A stretch of DNA of 64,000 nucleotides from Deltaproteobacteria bacterium (GTDB lineage Bacteria > Bdellovibrionota_B > Oligoflexia > Oligoflexales > Bog-1112): assembly GCA_016186945.1 (NCBI GenBank), contig JACPKR010000032.1:10198-74197 (forward strand). The letters are read 5' to 3'. How positions within the stretch are numbered: position 1 is the stretch's first letter; each line of letters begins with the position of its first letter. The notes beneath the pieces are model-generated. The model did no database searches, had not been told where the DNA came from, and saw only the letters and a program-made list of their open reading frames with translations. The position numbers and the translations under genes were made by a program. Below, piece after piece: positions 45,716 through 53,515 of this stretch.

Positions 45716-45801
45716 CATGGTTATCCTTGTCAAAACCCGCGAGGCACGTTAAGTTCCCGTCTTTTACGTGAATTTTCTGGAGTCAACCAGTAGGAAATCT
45801 A
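45716..45801 (-). repeat. Repeat family R3, copy 2, upstream of hemH (its ATG now opens only a 3-codon ORF, MLE-stop)
   Basis: Differs from copy 1 at only a few positions by eye. Located 82 nt upstream of the hemH ATG. Confidence 0.8.
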
Positions 45802-45826
45802 CCTTGAGCGTCCCTCGCTGCGAAAA

Positions 45827-46219
45827 TTAGACATGGCGACCGTTAGAGATGCGATGAGTCTGGGGACCATTGCGATGTACCTCGCTAATGTCAGTGAGAT
45901 TTGGGGGCGAGTAAACAGTTAGAATTTTCATTGATAGCAGCGGCGAGGATGGGAGTGCATCGAGATACCCTTCGGCGCTGGGCCAATGCTCGTAGTTAAT
46001 GCCTCGCTTTTGACCCGGAGTCTTTGATGAAGTTCTATATACATCAGCCCAAGTCATTTTTTCGATTTTGTTGATTGTTGCCTGGACAGAGTCCAATTCA
46101 GAATCTGCAATTTTCTCTAAGTCGTTAAGAAAGCCGGGAAAGTCAGTATCGACGACTACCAACTCATTTTGTGTTGATAATGGCTTCCGATGGGTTGTTT
46201 TTTTGGATTGTTTAACCAC
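45827..46219 (-). CDS. Hypothetical protein (130 aa)
   Basis: The GTG start overlaps the stop of the upstream small reading frame (GTGGTTAA), an arrangement typical of two-gene cassettes. No family recognised. Confidence 0.4.
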   Translation of the reverse strand: MVKQSKKTTHRKPLSTQNELVVVDTDFPGFLNDLEKIADSELDSVQATINKIEKMTWADVYRTSSKTPGQKRGINYEHWPSAEGYLDALPSSPLLSMKILTVYSPPNLTDISEVHRNGPQTHRISNGRHV

Positions 46220-46405
46220 GTTTTCGCGCTTTCAGCTTGGCGCGTAGATCGTTATTTGGCTTCGCCCTAGGTGGGTTTTCTTTTTCCCACTGATCAAATT
46301 TAGCGGGAAATTTCTCTATTAAAATTTCTCGACCGGCAAACTCCTTACCGATGCTATTTGACCGTTATTGCCAACGGTTGCTAATTTTTTTATTGGCTCA
46401 CCCAT
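46212..46405 (-). pseudogene. Small gene apparently split by a frameshift (AbrB/MazE-like antitoxin guess)
   Basis: GGAGG-caaat-ATG opens MGEPIKKLATVGNNGQIASVRSLPVEKF-stop-stop. A second frame continues IEKFPAKFDQWEKENPPRAKPNNDLRAKLKARKRG and overlaps the next gene's start. GAGAAATTT is repeated at the junction. Confidence 0.3.
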
Positions 46406-46470
46406 ATTTGCCTCCATCTCTAAAAATACCAGAATATTGAAAATATGTAAATTTGAATGATTCTAACTTA

Positions 46471-46547
46471 CGTAATGCGTAAGCCACTTGGGGCAAATAC
46501 GCAGTTTCCTCCAAACCACCTCCTTGCCCCAAGTGGCTTACGCATTA
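46471..46547 (-). mobile_element. Internally deleted MITE derivative (77 bp; both TIRs, half core)
   Basis: GTAATGCGTAAGCCACTTGGGGCAAATA|CGCAGTTTCCTCCAAACCACCTCCTTGCCCCAAGTGGCTTACGCATTAC. Confidence 0.85.
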
Positions 46548-46636
46548 CCAAGAAGGCCCTTGAAGGCTTGACTTATCGTTAGATAAAGTAAAATATGAAC
46601 TACAATGCTCCAGGTTAACTAAACTAGGGGATTTTT

Positions 46637-47077
46637 ATGATTTATCATTTAAGGCGAGCATTCGTACTTGGCGTATGTCTATTAGCCAAATTGAGCTGCG
46701 GACACATGGAAAAAAGTAAATCCGTTGTAGACTGTGGATTCAGCTACCCCGGAACTTGTGGTGGGTACGCCGCGACGGGTTATTGTACTTTAGAGGTTGG
46801 TAAACCATTTACCCTAGCTCCTGATGATAAGTACGGCCCAATTAATGGATTTGTAGCATCCTCAAAGGCAACTACAAAGCAAGAAGATGGTTCCCTGGTT
46901 TCCAGCGAGCTTCCCCCCGGACTTTCTCTCAACGGTGATACCGGAGTCATCAGTGGAACTCCTACTTCTGCTCCTTATAAGGAATACGCATCCCTAATCA
47001 CTGCAAATTGCGGCGGTGGCGGTACACTTAGCACTCCTGTTACGTTTTTTTTCTGGCTCTCCCAACCTCCAGACTAG
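46637..47077 (+). CDS. Putative lipoprotein with He_PIG/cadherin-like Ig motif
   Basis: Signal/lipobox-like MIYHLRRAFVLGVCLLAKLSC. LPPGLSLNGDTGVISGTPTS is the hallmark of the putative-Ig (He_PIG) domain. Confidence 0.6.
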   Translation: MIYHLRRAFVLGVCLLAKLSCGHMEKSKSVVDCGFSYPGTCGGYAATGYCTLEVGKPFTLAPDDKYGPINGFVASSKATTKQEDGSLVSSELPPGLSLNGDTGVISGTPTSAPYKEYASLITANCGGGGTLSTPVTFFFWLSQPPD

Positions 47078-47423
47078 CGTTCCAAAAATTTCAGGACTGC
47101 ATACGAAATACCCAGGAACAAGAGGAAGCTCTGTTTTATACCGGATATGGTCAAACAGAAGTTGATATTGTTGCGCTGGTTTATTACCGCTATGAACGGA
47201 TTGTGCAGGATTTTGCGGCCTACTGTGAGCAGCTTCTCTTGAGCGACGAAGGAGGCGAAGACCGCCCCAATAGCCTGCGCCAAATTGCCGAACAATTCCT
47301 CCCCGGTGACGTGATCGACATGGCCTACCGCGCTGAAAAGCACCTCCCATCCGAACTTCAGCACCTTGAAGAACAAGCGCTTTCCGAGCACCGCCTCATA
47401 GGCAGTTGCTAAACCTAACTTAA

Positions 47424-48005
47424 CTAGGGAGACGCTTCAAGCGTCACGCGAGCGATCCACTGATCTGCATCCCTCTGCCAACGGCCAGCGGAGGGAAAGT
47501 AATGTTGTTGGGTGTAGTCGGGAAACTTGAGCAGGTCGTCTCGTCGGTACACAGGTTGGAAAAGTTTGGGGGCGTGGGGCTTGCTGAGAAACCAAAAGCG
47601 ACACTTACCGAGGTGGGACCATTCTGCGACGACGAAAAGAGGGAAGCGTAGGAGGAGAACTCCGTGAAGCTCTTGAACCCGGTGGTCTCTTAGCAGTGTT
47701 GCAAAACGAAAGGGAGGCTGAGAACCGAGCTGCTGGGAAAGGGCTGTTGTAAGGCAGATCCAGCTCTGCAGGATGGATTTACTGAGGCAATAGCGCTGCC
47801 AGAAAGCGAGACGATCACGGGTCTGTTTGCATTGCGGGATCGCACGGATCAAGTGAAAAAACGTGGGGACTGCATCCTCGGGAGGCAGAATTTCGGAGGA
47901 CGGCAGCAGGGACGCGCATGCGTTTTCCAGCGCTAGGGTCACGGACTCAAATTGGGGTGCTGCAACGGAATTGCCGTCGGTAAGCGCCTTGAGGAAACCA
48001 CTCAT
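47424..48005 (-). CDS. 193-aa protein of unknown function, third gene of the MotA/MotB-like module (possible minimal EH-signature/ZorC-like domain)
   Basis: ATGA overlap with the upstream OmpA-domain gene. Motifs RLAFWQRY, VVAEWSHLGKCRFWF and QQHYFPSAGRWQ. The EH-signature resemblance is from memory only. Confidence 0.6.
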   Translation of the reverse strand: MSGFLKALTDGNSVAAPQFESVTLALENACASLLPSSEILPPEDAVPTFFHLIRAIPQCKQTRDRLAFWQRYCLSKSILQSWICLTTALSQQLGSQPPFRFATLLRDHRVQELHGVLLLRFPLFVVAEWSHLGKCRFWFLSKPHAPKLFQPVYRRDDLLKFPDYTQQHYFPSAGRWQRDADQWIARVTLEASP

Positions 48006-48811
48006 GGTTCCTCCATGCCGGATGGGCTGTCAAAGCTCATGAGGAAGCGGATGTCGATCCGTCTATTGCGAGGGTCGTTAGGGTCCTCGGCAACTATGGG
48101 ACGCAAGTACGAATAGCCGCTCGCAGCAAGGAGGGGGTGCCCTCGTTTATTGCTAAGGCCGTCGAGTTCGTTTCGGCAACTTTTCAAAACACGTAACACC
48201 GTTGTCGCACGTGAGGCTGATAACGACAGATTGTCTCGAAACATCAAGCCAGGTTTAAGAGGCATGGCGTCGGTATGTCCTTCGACAAGGATTGTATCGA
48301 GGCTTCCCCGGCTTTGAGACGGGCATGTGCTTGGGGGGATCTCTTTCTGTGAACACCAGGCAGGGGGAGCCTCACCAGTAGCTTCGCTGCCTGGCTGGTG
48401 ACTGAAACACGGAAGGACCGACTGGAGAACGTTCGCAAGTTTCGCAAGATTTTCCAGTTGCTCTTTGTACGGCATCGCCTGGCCAATGGGGAAGGCGATT
48501 GTTTTTTCTGTCAGACGCAAGATGCCTTCCTTGACAAGGACCTGGGCTTCGAGACCTTCCTGGTTCAAAAGGGCCTGAACTTTTTCCAGAATGTTCTGGC
48601 GCAGCGTGAGCGGGTGTTGAAGCTTCTCTTTCTCTCTCAGCAGTTTTTCCTGCTCGGTCTTGAGTGCAAGGGAATGGATAACGAGGATGAGAAGGAACAC
48701 AAAAACCATGCTTGCGAGCAGGTCGGTGATCCAGAGATTAAATGAGGCTTGAGGATTTTTTCGCAAGGGTTTCTGTCCCCTTTGGACTTTTTTTCGGCAA
48801 ATTTCCAACAA
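48002..48811 (-). CDS. MotB/ZorB-like protein: N-terminal TM with conserved Asp plus C-terminal OmpA-like peptidoglycan-binding domain
   Basis: NLWITDLLASMVFVFLLILVI (Asp at the TM entrance, as in the MotB/ExbD/TolR plug-TM). C-terminal ILVEGHTDAMP...LSLSASRATTVLRVL...NRRIDIRFL. The start is uncertain (ATG 48811 or TTG 48766; either overlaps the upstream gene). Confidence 0.8.
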   Translation of the reverse strand: MLEICRKKVQRGQKPLRKNPQASFNLWITDLLASMVFVFLLILVIHSLALKTEQEKLLREKEKLQHPLTLRQNILEKVQALLNQEGLEAQVLVKEGILRLTEKTIAFPIGQAMPYKEQLENLAKLANVLQSVLPCFSHQPGSEATGEAPPAWCSQKEIPPSTCPSQSRGSLDTILVEGHTDAMPLKPGLMFRDNLSLSASRATTVLRVLKSCRNELDGLSNKRGHPLLAASGYSYLRPIVAEDPNDPRNRRIDIRFLMSFDSPSGMEEP

Positions 48812-50075
48812 CTTGCTGAAGGTCGCCTATGGCTCCTGCTAGAGAATGCATACCTCGGCTCATATGTTTGTCGAACTCACGCGTCAAGTTTTTGAACTTA
48901 TCCGTGTAGGCCAAGATGCTGTCGTTCGTGTTTTGAAAGGCGGCGGCCAGGCTCTTGTCTACACCTTCGAAGCGTGTGCAGTAGTTTTCCCACTGTTGGC
49001 TGACTTTGTTTTGCACGTCTCGGATTTCTGTCACTGTGCTGTGCAAATTTTGGGAGATGGATACCCACTGACCGCAGAGCACCTGCGTTGTTTCCAGGGA
49101 GCGAGCAAGGGTTTCCATTTTCGTCAGGAAGCTTGCGAAGTTCTTTAGGACGTCTTTTTGTTCTGCCAGCAATGCCAGCACATTTTCTTTATCGGAATAT
49201 ATGTTTCGCATAGCGTCTTGCATCGACTTGATTTCGTTCCAGGATGTTTTGAACAGTGCTGTGCGGAACGATTCCATAGCTTGCTGCACCCATTCGCTCA
49301 GTGCCAGTTCTTTTTCTTGTCGACTATGCGCCAGATGTTCTTGGATTTGCTTAAGGACCACCTGGGATTCTTGTGACAGAAGCATCTGACTATGGGTCAA
49401 TTGCGAGGACGAAACTACATCGACCCGGTTGCGTAAAAGCGTATTCATCCTCTTGATCAAAGCTTGGATTGTCTCGATTTGCGCTTTTTCCAGTTTTGCA
49501 AAACACAGGCCACTCGCCATTCCCACAATGGAGGTCCAGAAAGCCAGTGAGGATCCCCCGAGAAGCTGATAAAGAGACGCCTGCAGCTGATTCAAGTCTC
49601 CGCCAGCAAAACCCGTTCGAGCAACGTAGACACCGCTTGCCAATCCGCAGAATGTTCCCAAAATTCCCAGACCTCCTAGTTGAGTGGGAATCATCCCATA
49701 GGTTTGGGAACTTAGCGTCGGTTCGATCAGTCGCTCCTCATTAAAGCATGCATCGGGGGGAGTGAAGGAGATTTTGGTCGGGCGAGGGGTCTCTGTAAAA
49801 GCGAGCTGGTTTACGAAGTCTTGCCAAGGGGTCCGCAATTTCGCCAACATCATGACTTTGGCGTCGACGTCAACAAATCGTTCTGCAAACGCTTTGGGGG
49901 ACGAAAAACCTTTGATAATTCGCAGAGCCTCCCACAACTGACTTTTTAAGTTAGCCCCTTCCCAGTAAAGCGAAAGTCCCCAATAAAAAGCATAGAGAAG
50001 CGTTGCCACACACCAAAGCCACACAAAGGTGGGTGACACGAAAAACGTTATGATTTGTTCGAGGGAAACTCCCAT
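48738..50075 (-). CDS. MotA/ExbB/TolQ-family proton-channel protein with ~250-aa C-terminal helical tail (ZorA-like architecture)
   Basis: TM1 at the N-terminus. The MotA_ExbB signature helices are MIPTQLGGLGILGTFCGLASGV and LGGSSLAFWTSIVGMASGLCFA. A long Q/E/K/L-rich helical tail follows to the C-terminus. Confidence 0.8.
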   Translation of the reverse strand: MGVSLEQIITFFVSPTFVWLWCVATLLYAFYWGLSLYWEGANLKSQLWEALRIIKGFSSPKAFAERFVDVDAKVMMLAKLRTPWQDFVNQLAFTETPRPTKISFTPPDACFNEERLIEPTLSSQTYGMIPTQLGGLGILGTFCGLASGVYVARTGFAGGDLNQLQASLYQLLGGSSLAFWTSIVGMASGLCFAKLEKAQIETIQALIKRMNTLLRNRVDVVSSSQLTHSQMLLSQESQVVLKQIQEHLAHSRQEKELALSEWVQQAMESFRTALFKTSWNEIKSMQDAMRNIYSDKENVLALLAEQKDVLKNFASFLTKMETLARSLETTQVLCGQWVSISQNLHSTVTEIRDVQNKVSQQWENYCTRFEGVDKSLAAAFQNTNDSILAYTDKFKNLTREFDKHMSRGMHSLAGAIGDLQQVVGNLPKKSPKGTETLAKKSSSLI

Positions 50076-50289
50076 GCTCCTTTTATCATAAGTCTGCTTG
50101 CCTTAGATGGCTGACTGAAGAAATTTCCTAGTCTAAGTCCATGTGGGGAAACGAAGCATCGACTTCGCGTGGGGCAGATTTTTCCCTCGCCGACCCAGGT
50201 CCTCCTTCTCTCTCTTTCTTTGCCAGCGCCAGGCAAAAAAAGTTTGCTTTCTTTTCTTTGGGAAAAATATTTGGTAGACCATGGGGAAC

Positions 50290-50376
50290 GCTGGAGTGGC
50301 GGAATTGGTAGACGCGCTGGACTCAAAATCCAGTGGGGGCAACCCCGTGAGAGTTCGATTCTCTCCCCCAGCACCA
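50290..50376 (+). tRNA. tRNA-Leu (anticodon CAA)
   Basis: Hand-folded cloverleaf: acceptor GCTGGAG/CCCCAGC (A6:C67 mismatch), D-arm GCG-AATTGGTAGA-CGC, anticodon arm CTGGA-CTCAAAA-TCCAG, long variable arm GGGG-CAA-CCCC, T-arm GAGAG-TTCGATT-CTCTC, encoded CCA. Confidence 0.9.
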
Positions 50377-50383
50377 TGGGATT

Positions 50384-50471
50384 GCTCAGGTGGCGGAATT
50401 TGGTAGACGCGCTGGACTCAGAATCCAGTGGGGGTAACCCCGTGAGAGTTCAAGTCTCTCCCCGAGCACCA
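50384..50471 (+). tRNA. tRNA-Leu (anticodon CAG)
   Basis: Same architecture: acceptor GCTCAGG/CCCGAGC (A5:C68 mismatch), anticodon loop CTCAGAA, variable arm GGGG-TAA-CCCC, T-arm GAGAG-TTCAAGT-CTCTC, encoded CCA. Confidence 0.9.
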
Positions 50472-50665
50472 AGCACTGGTTGCAGACGCAGAAGCTTCCC
50501 TTGTGCTTGAGGAGCTTCGTTTTCCTGAAGCTTTCTTGCAAAAGTCTCGACTCGCTTCGCAAGTTCCAGAAAATCATCTTTCAGCAGATTGACAGTAATG
50601 TTTCCGAAATTAAGGTGCACGCAACCATTGGGGCACTGATGAAAAACCAGATTCATATTTCCCAT
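50450..50665 (-). CDS. Small hypothetical protein (71 aa) with CxxxC motif
   Basis: GGAGG lies 5 nt upstream of ATG 50665. Sequence is MGNMNLVFHQCPNGCVHLNFGNITVNLLKDDFLELAKRVETFARKLQ.... The 3' end overlaps tRNA-Leu(CAG) antisense by ~22 nt, so the C-terminal part may be fortuitous read-through. Confidence 0.45.
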   Translation of the reverse strand: MGNMNLVFHQCPNGCVHLNFGNITVNLLKDDFLELAKRVETFARKLQENEAPQAQGKLLRLQPVLGARGET

Positions 50666-50852
50666 TTTTTCCTCCAACTACTGATAATGAGTACAATTCT
50701 CAATTTAAAAAGTGTTTTTTGTCAATAAGATCATCTCGGCGACAAGTCTTTCCCCTGGCAAATTCCGCTTGCCAAGAGCCAAGATACTCGTAAGGTAGGC
50801 CCTACCCTGGAATTCGGATCCTCTTTTCAGTCAAGCGTATTGACCCCAAAAA

Positions 50853-50990
50853 GTAATGCGTAAGCCACTTGGGGCAAATAGGGAGAGGGGGGTTTGGGGG
50901 GGCGAGTGAAGCGTCGCCTCCCCCGGATTTCTTGGAGGAACCAGCTGCGCAGTTTCCTCCAAACCACCTCCTTGCCCCAAGTGGCTTACG
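50853..50990 (-). mobile_element. MITE-like element, right TIR truncated; 9-bp TSD CCCCAAAAA
   Basis: CCCCAAAAA is directly left of GTAATGCGTAAGCC and directly right of ...GTGGCTTACG. Confidence 0.85.
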
Positions 50991-51009
50991 CCCCAAAAAA
51001 AGGTTATCT

Positions 51010-53409
51010 ATGAGAAAAACGATCGCTCGGGCAGTGATACTGGGATTTGTTCTCTTGGGAGTATTGATACTAGGCTTTGGGTATTATTTGCGTTCCAAGC
51101 AGCCTAAGAGAGACGGGGAGTTAACGCTTCCAGGGCTTCAAGACTCTGTCGAGGTTTTATACGACAAATGGGCTATTCCCCACATCTATGCGAAACATGA
51201 CCGAGATGCTTATTTTGCTCTTGGTTATCTCCATGCCCAGGACCGCCTTTTCCAGATGGAGATGTTGAGGCGTCTGGCTCGTGGAGAGCTTTCGGAAATT
51301 CTAGGCACAGACACTCTTAAATTTGACAAAATTTTCCGTACCTTAGGGGTAAGGCAGATAGCCCAAGCCTCACTTGAAAAAGTTGACAGAAACTCCCCGG
51401 GTTTTCGCGATTTGGAGGGGTATGTCGAAGGGATCAATCACTTCATTAGGGAAGGTGGAACACCAGTTGAATTCGATATCCTGGGTATTCCCAAGCGACC
51501 ATTTGATTTGGTGGATCCGTTCTGCATTTCTGGATATATGGCTTTCAGCTTTGTGAAGGCATTAACGACGGATCCGATGTTGACCTATGTTGGATTGACA
51601 TTGGGTGTCGAGTATCTTCTAGATTTGGATCCTGACTTTGATCCTGCAGCAATCGAAAGTTCCAGGGCGCACGCAGATCAACTTATGCGCGGTGCCTGGA
51701 AGTTGGCAGAAAGTTGGGAGACTATACGTCAGCCTTTCGGCCTTTTCGATGGTTCCAACGCCTGGGTGATTGCGGGATCGCGAACGAGGTCGGGAAAGCC
51801 TATTTTAGCAAATGATCCTCACATTAATTTCTCGGCTCCCTCGGTTTGGTTTGAGGCCTATTTGAACACTCCCAGCCTTTCCCTTTATGGCCACCACATT
51901 GCCGGAGTTCCCATCGCTCTCCTTGGGAACAACGAATACCATGCGTGGGGCCTGACGATGTTGCAAAATGACGGGATGGATTTTTTCAGGGAAAAGTTGA
52001 ATCCTGACAATCCTGATCAGGTTTGGTTCCAAGATCACTGGGAAACCTTCAGCAAAAGAACCGAGCTTATTAAAATCAAGGGGTCGGACGATCTTGTTTG
52101 GGAGGTACAATCAACGAGGCATGGCCCGATTGTAAACGAGGTGGTTGAGGGATTCCAGCAGTACGACGACCCGATTTCTGCTTGGTGGGATTACGCAAGT
52201 GAAGAGAACAATGTGTTTATGGGTTTCTATGACCTTGCCCGTTCTCATGGAATGATCGAGGCAGAAAAGGCGGTTTCTAAAATCCACTCCCCAGGTCTAA
52301 ATGTTGTCTATGCGAATGCTGACGGTGATATTGCGTGGTGGACGGCTGCTCGTTTTCCCATTCATGCACCTGGCACCTATTCGACGATCCTTCTTGATGG
52401 ATCCTCGGGTAAGGATGAATTTCTAGGTTTCTACCCGTTCTCTTCCAATCCGTCTCAGAAAAACCCCTCGAAAGGATTCATTGCCTCGGCCAATCAAGAT
52501 ACCTTTGTGAATCACTCTTTTCGCGTCCCTGGATATTTCAATCCGCCTGACCGTTTCTACCTGATCGAAAAGCATTTGGAGGAAAAATCCTCAGATTGGA
52601 CGTCGGAAGATGTCAAGGCCCTTCATTTGAACACCGAACACTCAAGTTACCGACATCTTCTGGATGAGTTTCTTGTAATCCTGGCAGACCAGGTGCGCAC
52701 GTCCTCGGAATTATCACAGAAGGCGTATGCCCTTCTTGTGGATTGGGATTTGCAACACCGACTCAATTCTCAGGGAGCTACAGTTTTCCATGAATTCCTG
52801 GCAAACCTCATTCGTTTGGTCTTTCATGAAAAATTGACTGATGTTTATTACGATGGGTTTCTAAAATCGCATCTCATTCATACGACCCTTGATCGCGTAT
52901 TCACCAACCCAGATTCTCCATGGTGGAATGACGGAGAGGGGCGAAGTCAGCGGGATGCCTGGATTCAGAAAGCCTGGGAAGAGACCGTAGCGGGTCTTGA
53001 GGTCAAGTTAGGCTCAGACCCTCAGACCTGGCTTTGGAGCCGTGTGCATGATGTGGAGCACAAGCATATCTTGGGAAAGCTGAAGCCGCTTGACTGGTTT
53101 TTCAACGTTGGTCCGTTTGTCGTCGAAGGTTCAACGGAAGTGGTCAACAATTTCCTCTTCAAGTTCTCCACGGGGCACAAGGACGTTTTCGCAGGCCCTT
53201 CCACAAGGCGCATTATTGATTTTGGCAATCCAACGCATTCGCTGGGGATCAATCCGACAGGACAGTCGGGATACTTCGCCAACCACCATTACAGGGACCA
53301 AGCAGCCATGTTTCACCAAGGCGAATATCGCCTGCAATTGATGGACAGGGCTGACCTTGAACGGGGTGAAATGAAACGTCTGTGGCTTCGTCCCGCTAAA
53401 AAGCTATAG
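51010..53409 (+). CDS. Penicillin amidase / acyl-homoserine-lactone acylase family Ntn-hydrolase
   Basis: ORF 50869..53409 trimmed: the first 47 codons are MITE read-through. MRKTIARAVILGFVLLGVLILGF is a signal/anchor. The autoprocessing/nucleophile region is FDGSNAWVIAGSRTRSGKPILANDPH. Confidence 0.88.
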   Translation: MRKTIARAVILGFVLLGVLILGFGYYLRSKQPKRDGELTLPGLQDSVEVLYDKWAIPHIYAKHDRDAYFALGYLHAQDRLFQMEMLRRLARGELSEILGTDTLKFDKIFRTLGVRQIAQASLEKVDRNSPGFRDLEGYVEGINHFIREGGTPVEFDILGIPKRPFDLVDPFCISGYMAFSFVKALTTDPMLTYVGLTLGVEYLLDLDPDFDPAAIESSRAHADQLMRGAWKLAESWETIRQPFGLFDGSNAWVIAGSRTRSGKPILANDPHINFSAPSVWFEAYLNTPSLSLYGHHIAGVPIALLGNNEYHAWGLTMLQNDGMDFFREKLNPDNPDQVWFQDHWETFSKRTELIKIKGSDDLVWEVQSTRHGPIVNEVVEGFQQYDDPISAWWDYASEENNVFMGFYDLARSHGMIEAEKAVSKIHSPGLNVVYANADGDIAWWTAARFPIHAPGTYSTILLDGSSGKDEFLGFYPFSSNPSQKNPSKGFIASANQDTFVNHSFRVPGYFNPPDRFYLIEKHLEEKSSDWTSEDVKALHLNTEHSSYRHLLDEFLVILADQVRTSSELSQKAYALLVDWDLQHRLNSQGATVFHEFLANLIRLVFHEKLTDVYYDGFLKSHLIHTTLDRVFTNPDSPWWNDGEGRSQRDAWIQKAWEETVAGLEVKLGSDPQTWLWSRVHDVEHKHILGKLKPLDWFFNVGPFVVEGSTEVVNNFLFKFSTGHKDVFAGPSTRRIIDFGNPTHSLGINPTGQSGYFANHHYRDQAAMFHQGEYRLQLMDRADLERGEMKRLWLRPAKKL

Positions 53410-53511
53410 TATTTGAGAAAAAGAATTTGTGGAGAGGACCTTTTTTGAAAAAAAGTTCCCCTCCACACCTCCCCCCAAAAAACTTTAGATATTGAAGTTT
53501 TTGAAAAGGGG
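53404..53511 (+). repeat. Repeat family R2, copy 2, between the acylase stop and thiI start
   Basis: Reverse complement of 42510-42618, with only a few differences by eye. Same orientation relative to the upstream gene as copy 1, so a terminator-like role is plausible. Confidence 0.8.
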
Positions 53512-53515
53512 TTTT

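Noticed and set aside
45640-50471. A classical tRNA-integrated genomic island carrying the Zorya-like module.
   Set aside because: The module lies on the 5' side of the tRNA-Leu genes. No integrase gene and no direct repeat of a tRNA 3' end were found in the window. I note only the patchy content of the region.
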